Shown here one piece after another: positions 50,936 through 64,000 of a stretch of 64,000 nt of DNA (its first letter is position 1; the number at the start of each line of letters is the position of its first letter). Position numbers and translations under genes: made by a program. The notes under the pieces were generated by a model. It was not told where the DNA came from. It was given only the letters and a program-made list of their open reading frames with translations, and did not search any database. Source of the stretch: the human T2T-CHM13v2.0 reference genome, Homo sapiens; the NCBI RefSeq assembly GCF_009914755.1, contig NC_060936.1. One strand, given 5' to 3'.

Positions 50936-51954
50936 TTACAATTTGGCATGTTTTTGCAGTGGCTGGTACTGGTTGTTCCTTTCCATGTTTTGTGCTTCCT
51001 TCAGGAGTTCTTGTAAGGCAGGCCAGGTGTTGACAAAATCTCTCAGCATTTGCTTGTCTGTAAAGGATTTTATTTCTCCTTCAGCTTAGTTTGGCTGGAT
51101 ATGAAATTCTGGGTTAAAAATTCTTTTCTTTAAGAATGTTGAATATTGGCCCCTGCTCTCTCCTGGCTTGTAGGGTTTCTGCTGAGAGATCCGCTGTTAG
51201 TCTGATGGGCTTCCCTTTGTGGGTAACCTGACGTTTCTCTCTGGCTGCCCTTAACATTTTTTCCTTCATTTCAACCTTGGTGAATCTGACAATTATGTGT
51301 CTTGGGGTTCCTCTTCTCGATGAGTATCTTTGTGGTGTTCACTCTGTTTCCTGAATTTGAATGTTGGCCTGCCTTGCTAGGTTGGGGAAGTTCTCCTGGA
51401 TAATATCCTGAAGTGTGTTTTCCAACTTGGTTCCATTCTCTGCGTCACCTTCAGGAACACCAATCAAATGTAGATTTGGTCTTTTCACATAGTCCCATAT
51501 TTCTTGGAGGCTTTGTTCATTTCTTTTCACTCTTTTTTCTCTAATCTTGTCTTCTTGCTTTTTTTTCATTAATTTGATCTTCAATCACTGATACTGTTTC
51601 TTCCACTTCATCAAATCAGCTATTAAAACTTGTGCATGTGTCACAAAGTTCTCATGCTGTGGTTTTCAGCTCCATCAGGTTATTTAAGATCTTCTCTACA
51701 CAGTTTATTCTAGTTAGCCATTCGTCTAACCTTTTTTCAAGGTTTTTAAGCTTCCTTGTGATGGGTTAGAACATGCTCCTTTAGCTCAGAGATGTTTGTT
51801 ATTACCGACCTTCTGATGCCTACTTCTGTCAATTCATCAAACTTATTCTCCATCCAGTTTTGTTCCTTACTGGCGAGGAGCTGCGATCCTTTGGTGGAGA
51901 AGACGTGCTCTGGTTTTGGGAATTTTCAGCTTTTCTGCTCTGGTTTATCCCCAT
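50936..51954 (-). pseudogene. L1 ORF1, disrupted
   Basis: Fragment REKRVKRNEQSLQEIWDYVKRPNL...ENFPNLARQANIQIQE; ATG at 51954, TAA at 50936. Confidence 0.88.
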
Positions 51955-52495
51955 CTTTGTGGTTTTATCTACCTTTGGTCTTTGATGTTGGTGACCTACA
52001 GATGGGGTTTTGGTGTGGATGTGCTTTTTTTTGATGTTGATGCTATTCCTTTCTGTTTGTTAGTTTTCCTTCTAACAGTCAGGCCCCTCAGCTGCAGGTC
52101 TGTTGGAGTTTGCTGGAGGTCCACTCCAGACCCTGTTTGCCTGGGTATCACCAGCGGAGGCTGCAGAATAGCAAATATTGCTGCCTGACCCTTCCTCTGG
52201 AAGATTTGTCCCAGAGGGGCACCCACCTGTATGAGGTGTCTGTTGGCCCCTACTGGGAGGTGTCTCCCAGTCAGGCTACACGGGGGTCAGGGACCCACTT
52301 GAGGAGGCAGTCTGTCCGTTCTCAGAGCTTGAACGCCGTGCTGGGAGAACCGCTGCTCTCTTCAGAGCTGTCAGACAGGGACGTTTAGGTCTGCTGAAAC
52401 TGTCTGCTGCCTTTTGTTCTGATATGCCCTGCCCACAGAGGTGGAATCTACAGCAAGGCAGTAGGCCTTGCTGAGCTGCGGTGGGCTCCACCTAG

Positions 52496-52994
<499 letters not shown>

Positions 52995-54575
52995 TGATTC
53001 AAAACACACACTGCATCTTGTAAGATAGCATGGCTTTCTTTCAGGACATTGTCTTTAAACCAACTGAGTCTTCAGTAAGCCATTATACTTTTCTACTAGG
53101 CCAGATGTTTCTAGGTGAAGGAATACATGGTATGACCTGTAAATTTTATGGGCATAATCCCATCGTTGTATTTCTTTTGCTGTGAAATAATCACACGCAC
53201 TGTTGTGCAGAATACAGTTGAAATGAATAAGGCATTTTATGAGTCCATGCATAGTGGTGCAAGCATTATAGGCAGGGAAGGCAAGTCCATATCCAGAATA
53301 TGTGTCCATTCCAGTGAAAAGATCTCTGTCCGCTTCCATGAGGGAAACAGTCCAATATAATCAACTGACCACCAGGTGGCTGGCTGACTTGTCTCTCCAA
53401 GGAAGGGTGGCAAATTGGAGACCCAGTGTTGGTTTGTGCTGTTGGCCAGTTAGTATTGTTAGCAGTAGCAATGTAGCTGGGCTGCAAGGCCAGCCTTTGT
53501 GAGAACATCATATTGCTGAGCCCATGCAGAGCCTCTATTCTGGACAACATGACCAGTTTGCACATGGGTCCATTGAGAAATCACTAGGGTGGCTGGTTAA
53601 AGTGGCTGACTGACATCAAGAGAATGAGTCATTTTGTTCACCTGATCATTAAAAGTTTCCTTATCAGATGGTGCCCTTTGGTGAGTATCTACATGGGACA
53701 CAAATATATTCACATGGAATGTTTCAACCATCCTGAAAGGTCCACCCACATACCTCTTCCTTAGATCCTCTTGTATCATTCTTCCAATCTTGTCCTCTCT
53801 GAGTCCTTAATCATCCAGCCCAAATGTTAGCAACTGCCCATGAATCAGTGCTGATCCATACTTCTGACCATGTTTCAGTCCAGATAAGGTGGACAACCAA
53901 ACATGTTGCTCTAATTTATGCTCATTAGGAGAATTTCCCTCTACTACTGCCCTTCAAGGCCACCTCTCATTGGGACTGTAATGATGTAACCATCCACCTC
54001 TGGTTGGTAACAGCATATCATGTAGAACCATTTGCATACCAGGCCTGGGATTTTCCCCCCTCAGTCAATCAGTTGTAAGAAACTCCTTATAAAATAATAG
54101 ATATGAGTTGAGAGAGGAGCAGTCACTGTTGAAGGACTCTTCATGGAATTACCTATTTCCCATTTCTGCATAAGTCTGATATATGCCATTTCCACTTGAG
54201 GACAGATTGCTGTCATGTGTACCCAACCTTATGGCTTGGTGGTTCAGGTAGCACCCATTTCATAAAGGGAAGCTCAGTTAACATTGCCACTTGATGTCCC
54301 ATAGTTAGGCATTCAGTCTCTACCCCGGGCTAAATAGCCAGACGACAGCTGTTTCTGAAAAGCTCAAATAATTATTTGCAGAAAAGGGCATGGATTTGCT
54401 CCAAAGCCCTAGAGGTCTATATGATGATTTTCCTTTGGTACAAAGTGTATCTGCTTACTACATAATAGAATAAGTATTTTATATGTAGAGCTGTTTCAGT
54501 ATTCAATATTGCCATTCTCAGGGGGTAATTTTTATTTTCTTGTTAGAAAGCTTTTGTTTAAAATATGTTGTTTTG

Positions 54576-55190
<615 letters not shown>

Positions 55191-56520
55191 TGTTATTTTT
55201 ATCTTCTGATCCTCCTCAAAATTTTACTCTGGTTTCTATTGACCTTATTATTTTATGTCAACTTTTCCTTCACTTTTCTTCTCCTGTTATGTTTTTTCTT
55301 ATATTTTCCTCCTTTCGTTTCTATGGATATTGCCTTTTCCATCGACCTTTTCCAAGTTTTCCTCATTTCTGTTAATTTTCTATTTGACACAATTCATTTC
55401 TTTTCCTTAGTCTTCCTATTCTTTCTTGCCTCCACTTTTGTCTCTCTGCATTTTTTAATCAATTACATTTTATTTCTACTAGTTCTTATTAGTGCCACTT
55501 AAAGAATCTAACACATGCCTCTGAGATAAGATTTTTTATTTATCCTTGTAGAGCTTATAGGATTCCAATGGAAAAGATGCCAATGGAAAAACTTATTCAG
55601 TACATGTGAACATTTAATATAGTGTGAATTAGTTGAATTAGTTGTTGAGAAGGTCAAAGTTCAATATCTCTAAAAATCAGAGAGGGTCCCCAAAGGCAAA
55701 ATTCTTATTTCTCTACGATCATACTGCATCACTAACTCTGAGTGCCCTTGCAAATCTGCATCTTTAGATATTAAAAAGGGAAAGCAACTCTATGTGCACA
55801 CCCCACAGCCAAGTATGTTAATGTGTTGTATTTATTATAAAAAAAAGCTTTTTAATAAACTCCACAGTTGTAAAGATTTCATCTCTGATCATATATTAAG
55901 CGGTTTTATAAGCTTCCAGTTCAAAATATAAATATCGTAGTTACACTTAGAACAACCTCTAGTAAAGCCAAATATATTTTAAACATTCTTATATGAAGAT
56001 GTTTGACCCTGAAAAGTCTACTGTAACATATCTGAAAAATTTTTAAGCACCTAAAATTTCTCTACCAATAGCACAAACACAGTTGTAATATCAACTTTCT
56101 CAGTAGTGAAAATAATATTTTCCTGAGACATAATCTTGGAGAGTGATATTTAAGGAGAAAGTTCAATCTGTTGTCATATACATCTTCACAAGAAAATGAT
56201 TGAACTAACATTGGCTTTTGCAGTAATGTAAATAAAACTCCAGCGAGTCCTGAAAGATTTCTTGTAATAAACACATTGCTATTCAAATAATATATTTCAT
56301 TAGTATATTATATTCTAGAAGCAAACACATCATATAATTAAGATATTTTACATGTTATATGTTACTTAACATTTCTTTTGAAAATTGTTTTTTTTTATTT
56401 TTTGTAGAGATGGAGTCTTGAATTCCTGGGCTCAAGTGATCCTCCTGCCTCAGCCTCCCAAAATGATGAGGTTACAGGCATGAGCGACCACACCTGGCCT
56501 TACTTAACATTAATTGGATT

Positions 56521-56572
<52 letters not shown>

Positions 56573-56574
56573 AA

Positions 56575-56731
56575 ATTTTTTTTTTTGAGACGGAGTCTCT
56601 CTTTGTCACCCAGGCTGGAGTGCAGTGGCACGATTTCGGTTCACTGCAACATCTGCTTGCCAGGTTCAAGCGATTTTCCTGCCTAAAACTCCCAGAGTAG
56701 CTGAGATTACAGGTGTGCACTACCTACCTGG

Positions 56732-56765
<34 letters not shown>

Positions 56766-56875
56766 TACAGACAGGGTTTCATCATGTTGGTCATGCTGGT
56801 CTCGACCTGAAATGATCCACCGGCCTCAGTCTCCCAGAGTGCTGGGATTCCAGATGTGAGCCACCGTGCCCGGCC
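56575..56875 (-). mobile_element. AluS next to a (TA)n microsatellite (56524-56569)
   Basis: Alu consensus with expanded middle T tract. Confidence 0.87.
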
Positions 56876-56960
56876 AGAATTAAATATATTTAAAAATTTT
56901 TAATATTAATAAATTTGTAAAGAAGCAAAAACCAGTGGTTGGGGCATTATCTATAGCCAG

Positions 56961-57756
<796 letters not shown>

Positions 57757-58750
57757 CCAGATTGCCAGGATTCAGATTCTGCTTCTGAAGCATACTAGCT
57801 GTGTAACTGTGGGCAAATTACTTAACCCATGGCTCAGTTTTCACATCTGTAAAATGGGACTAATAATAATATGTACTTACAGGATTATTATGAGGGTTAA
57901 ACCACTTAATATATGTACAGCCCTTGGGAAAAGTGCCTTATTAGTTGGGTGTGGTGACGTGCACCTGTAGTACAAGCTACTAGGGAGGCCGAGGTAGGAA
58001 AAATCTCTTGAACCTGGGAGGTGGAGGTTGAAGTTAGCTGAGATTGCACCATTGCACTCAGCCTGGGTGACAGAGAGAGACTTTGTCTGGAAAAAGAAAG
58101 AAAGAAAAGAAAGGAAAAAAGAAAGAAAGAAAGGAAAGAAAGAAAGAAGAGAGAGAGGAAGGAAGGAAGGAAAGAAGGAAGGGCACCTAGCACTTATATG
58201 TAATATCTAAGTGCCAGCTGTTTTTCTGAGGCAGCTCAACACAATGGCTAGACTCTAGAGCCAAACTGACAGTTTCTAATCCCAGTGCTACCACTGTCTA
58301 CCTGAATATTGGAGAAGTTACTTAACTCTCCTGTGCCTCAGTTTCCTCACCTATCAAATGGAGTGATAATAGTACTTGCCGGGAGGCGGAGGTTACAGTG
58401 AGCCAAGATCACACAATTGCCCTCCAGTCTGGGCGACAGAGCAAGACTCCATCTCAAAAAAAAAAAAACAAAAAAGAATTATTGTGGGTTGATAACACAA
58501 AGTACTGTGGCTGGTACGGTAAGTTCTATGCAAATGTTTGCTTTTACCTGGCTTACCTGAGTGCCACTGGGGCTTGAAAAGGAGCATTGCTCTTTTCTTT
58601 CCTCTGACTCATGGAAGCCCAAACAGCTTAGTGGAATTGTCAGGTAGCCCATCCTCCCTGGACTCACTGAATACTCTCATGGGACATCTAGGCCACCTGC
58701 CAGGATTCGTTCTGCCTAGGGTGCCCTGTCCCTAGGCAAAAGAACAATTC

Positions 58751-59383
<633 letters not shown>

Positions 59384-59522
59384 TATTTATACAAATTAAA
59401 ACAAGGAGAGAGGTATAGAATCAGCTGAAGGTTGTAACATATTTGAGTTGGCTCCAGTTCTATTCTGGAACTGTTTTTTATCTAAGTATTTTTTGTGTCT
59501 AAATATTTCTCAAAGTATTTAT

Positions 59523-59690
59523 TTATTTATTTATTTATTTATTATACTTTAGGTTTTAGGGTACATGTGCACAATGTGCAGGTTAGTTACATATGTATAC
59601 ATGTGCCATGCTGGTGCGCTGCACCCACTAACTCGTCATCTAGCATTAGGTATATCTCCCACTGCTATCCCTCCCCCCTCCCCCCACCCC
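59523..59690 (-). mobile_element. Very short young L1 (L1PA2/L1PA3) 3' fragment
   Basis: GCTAGATGACGAGTTAGTGGGTGCAGCGCACC (GAG diagnostic, not the Ta ACA); perfect 16-bp TSD TTCTCAAAGTATTTAT at 59507 and 59691. Confidence 0.9.
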
Positions 59691-60132
59691 TTCTCAAAGT
59701 ATTTATCACTTAGGTCCTCTGGACCTCAGTTTTCTCGTTTGCAAAATGAAAGGATTGTACTCAAAAATCTCTCACGATTGTTCTTGGTATGAAATTCTAA
59801 AATTCTATCATTCTATTCACATAATACATAGTGTTTGGGCGCGGTGTGGCCTAGGAGAGATGAAATCTTAGTTTCTATTTGAATCAAGGCCAAAACTCAA
59901 ATGCCACTGTTGGTGACAGCTGCCTAAAGTGTAGATCTCAACAAACCTTATACTCTCTTTTTATTATGAAGTGAAAGGACCAAAATAAATTGTAACCTTT
60001 ATAGTGATATGTATTTCTATGGCTAAATTGCTATAAAACTCCTGAACTACTTGAAAATAATAGAATGTTACAGGTCTGAAAGTTTCTAAAATCTTCTCAA
60101 ATCCAAGCATAAATTTTAAGTTTAAATGAGGC

Positions 60133-60165
<33 letters not shown>

Positions 60166-60899
60166 GTAAAAGTGCTTTGTAGAGTTGATACATTTTACAA
60201 ATGTAAGATGTGATCACGTATAAAATCAATCTGGTCTTATTTTAATAGAAGAGCTTTATAATAATAATTTGTGGAGATGGAAATCTCTAGTTATTTAGCA
60301 AGCATAGAGAAATTCTTGCTTCTAAACTGACATCAAAGCATTTCTAGTTGATAAGATGTCCAAGTAAGATTTCATATATATGAAGTCATGCCAGTTGCCA
60401 GAAAGAGAAGCAGCTTTACTTTGAGGGTTTTGAGTTTCCACATTTGCTTTTAGCTTCTTTGCCAGAGGCACATACTTCTCCTCCACCCCAAGAAATTTCT
60501 ATGATGTTTTTAATAGCAAGGCATTTTTTCCACGGCCTTTTTACTTTTATGATTGCAGAATGAATAATCGGTTGGCAAAATTTGTTAATCTATTATTATG
60601 ACTCCTAGTTTATCATGTAATGGTTAATTCTATAGTATTCTTTAAAATATGGCTTGTGTTCATCTTTGTAGTAATACAGTGATCTATTTACCAATGTATA
60701 TTTATTTGTAAGACAATTTTTTGTACAAAACCATATTATCATGCCTGAAACAATATTTACAACATTAGCACACCTCTTCACATATTCTGCAGCATCTCTT
60801 TTGATGTTTCTTGATCATATATTCACTCTTTCACTAGTCACTGCAGGAGGTCTCCAGATTATTATTAACCAAGGTTTTCATTATATGTATGCAATCATT

Positions 60900-62219
60900 T
60901 TCTAAAATTTATATTTCAATTCATATAGTAAAATTCACTCATCTATGAATTTCAACTAATGCATTCAGTCATGTAACCACTAGCCTTGTCAAGATATAAA
61001 ATGATTCCAATATCCAAAAATATTCGCTTATGCTACTCCTTTGTAGTCAACCCTTTTACCCAGCTCTAACCAGGTGGCAACTACTGATCTGGTTTCCACT
61101 CCTAGAGTTGCCTTTCCCAGAATGTCATACAAATGAAATCATACAGCATGTAGCCTTTCCTGTCTGGCTTCTTTCACCTAAAATAATGCATTTGAGATTC
61201 CTTAATGGGGTTGCTTGTATCAATAGCTTGTTCCTTTTTATTGCAGAATAGTATTCCTTTATGTGTATGTACCACAGTTTGTTGACTCATTGCCCAGTAT
61301 AAGGACATCTGGGTTGTTTCCAGTTTTTGGCGATTATGAATAAAGCTGCAGTAAACATTTGCATGCAGTATTCTGTGTGACTATAAGTTTTCATTTCTCT
61401 TGGGTAAATATTTTGGAGTGGGATTGCTGGATCACATGGTATTTTATATTTAAATCAGTAAGAAACTTCCAAACTTTTTCTCAAGCTAGCTGTACCATTT
61501 TTCACTCCCCCTAGCTATATGTGAGAGTTCCAGTTGTCCCAAATACTCATCAACATTTGATACTGTCAATCTTTATTTTACTATAGCCATTCTAGTGTGT
61601 ACTAGCATCTCATTGTGATTTCAATTTGTATTTCCTTTTTGACAAATAATGTTGAACATTTTTCCATCAGCTTATTAGCCATTCATATATCTTCTTTAGT
61701 GTAGCATCTATTCAAAACTTTTGCTCATTTTAAAACAGCAGGTTGCTTGTTTTCTTACTATTGACATTTTTAAAAATTGAGGTAATATATATATAACATA
61801 ATATTTAACTTTTTAACCATTCATAAGCATACAATTCAGTGGCATTAAATATACTCACAATGTTGTGTAACCATCACCAACATCTATAATCAATCATCCC
61901 CAACAAAAACTTGTACTCATTAAATATTGACCTCCCTCTTTGCCCTGGTATCCCCCAACCCCACCTCCCAGTCCCTGGTAACCTCTATTCTACTTTCTGT
62001 GTCTATTAATTTTCCATTTCTAAGTACCTCATATAAGTGGAATCATACAATATTTGTCCTTCTGTGTCTGGCTCATTTCACTAAGCGTGTTTTCAAAGTC
62101 CACCCATGTTGTGGCATATATCAAAATTGCATTCCACTTTATGGCTTATTAACATTTTGCTGAATCTAATTACCAAGTCTTAAGTGCCCCTTTTATGCAC
62201 TGTTTTCAAGTACTTTTTC

Positions 62220-62268
<49 letters not shown>

Positions 62269-64000
62269 TTTGAGATAGGGTCTCACTCTATCACCTAGGC
62301 TGGAATGCAGTGGTGCCATAACAGCTCACTACAGCCTTGACCTCCTTGGCTCAAGCAGTTCTCCCACCTTCACCTCCCAAAGCTAGGACTATAGGTGTGC
62401 ACCACAACGCCTGGCAAAATTTTGATTTTTTGTAGAAACAGGGTCTCACTATGTTGCCCAGGTTGATCTTGAAACTCCTGACCTCAAATTATCTTCCCAA
62501 GTCAGCCTCCCAAAGTGCTGGGATTACGTGCATGAGCCACCATGCCTGAACCAGATATTTAATTTGTAAATATTTTCTCCCAAAGTGTTGCTTGTCTTAT
62601 TATTTTCTTTGGAGTTTTTCAAAGAGGCAAAAAAATTAATTTTGATAAAGTCCAATGTATCAATTTTTTCCTTTTAAGGACTATGACTTTGATGTCATAT
62701 TTAAGAACTCCTTGCCTAATCCAATATCAAAAAGATTTTCTGTGTTTTCTTCTAAAGTCTTAAAGTTCTACATTTAGGTCTCTGATCCATTTTGAGCCAA
62801 TTTTTATATAAAATTTAAGGTGTGGATTGGGCTTATGTTTTACATGTGGATCAAATTGTTCCAGAACAATTTGTTGGCAACATTAACTTTTCTCCATTGA
62901 ATTTCCTAGCAAAAAATCAATTGACTGTATTTTTGAGGATTTATTGCTAGACTCTCTATTATATTCTATTGATCTATGTGTCTGTCCTTTTGCCAAAACC
63001 ACAGTCTTGATTACTGTAGATTTACAGTAAATCTTGACATCAGATAATGTGAGTCCTTCGACTTCCTTCTTTTTCAAAATTGTTTTGACTATTCTATTTC
63101 CTTTGCCTTTACAAATAAATTCTAGAATTACCTTGTTGCTATCTACAGGAAATCCTGCTGAGGCTGGGATTGAGATTGGGGTGAATCCATAGATCAACTT
63201 GGTAAGAACTGACATTTTAGCATTTGTGATTATTTTTGGATGCAACTATCTGATTGAAAATTTCTGCAATAAATCCTTCACTTCTACTAGGTAAAATATG
63301 ATGTTGTTTTATCTTAATGAACCTAATACAGGTATTTGAAATCAATTTCTTTCTGTATCAATTGAGTTGTTTGCAGGTGATTTGTGTTGTAGTGAATTAT
63401 TTTTAGCTACTAAGTTTTAGTGATACAAAGCTATAGTCATTTTTAATTTATTGATTTAGTTATGTTAGTATTATTAAAATGATGATGTTCTTTTTTATTT
63501 TGGAACTATTTAGATCTTTACATGAGCTTAAGTTGTTTTCTATTTATTTGTTGTGGTAAAATACACATTACAATTTACCATTTTAACTGTTAAGTGTAAA
63601 ATTCAGTGGCATTAAATATATTCACATTGTTGTGCAACCATCACCACCATCTATCTCCAGAACTTTTTTCATCTCCCCAGACTGAAACTCTGTACCATTT
63701 AAACAATAACTCCCAATTTCCCTCAGTCCCTGGTAACCACCATTCCACTTTCTATCTCTATGAATTAGACTGCTCCAAGTACCTCATATCAGTGGAGTCA
63801 TACTGTATTTGTCCATCTGTGACTGGCTTATTTCACTTAGCATAATGTCTTCAAGGTTCATATATATTGTAGCACGTGTCAGAATGTCCTTCCTTTTTAA
63901 GGCTGAATAATATTCCATTATATGTACACACTACATTTTGTTTAGCCATTGATCTGTCCATGGATCCATGGACGCTTGGAATTACTTTCACCTTTTGGCT
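60900..64000 (-). mobile_element. Nested old L1M fragments with an AluJ (62250-62552)
   Basis: L1M 3'UTR motifs; ORF 62883-63245 resembles the ORF2 C-terminus. Confidence 0.78.

Overview
Human (primate, Alu-rich) genomic DNA containing the 5' end of YAF2 (YY1-associated factor 2, RYBP paralog, non-canonical PRC1) on the minus strand. The gene part covers the CpG-island promoter, coding exon 1 (36102-36127) and exon 2 (35546-35671, RanBP2-type zinc finger). It also covers ~35 kb of intron 2, which holds an in-frame 72-nt cassette exon (8479-8550) and an in-frame alternative terminal exon (33743-33944). The rest is mostly transposon-derived: a human-specific SVA_F1 (MAST2 exon 1 fused to SVA) antisense in intron 2, a near full-length L1PA joined to an Alu and nested in an ERVL relic, an Alu-interrupted 7SL pseudogene, roughly 45 Alu-family copies and several DNA transposons and LTRs. 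The most unusual signals are two non-Alu inverted repeats in intron 2, each of which would base-pair over the 3' splice site of an alternative or candidate poison exon. Others are an identical 68-bp dispersed duplication and an overlapping DR1/ERE element 3 kb into the gene. Almost all ORFs in the supplied track are repeat-derived or spurious. Repeat subfamily names are from memory of consensus sequences and boundaries without a TSD are approximate.
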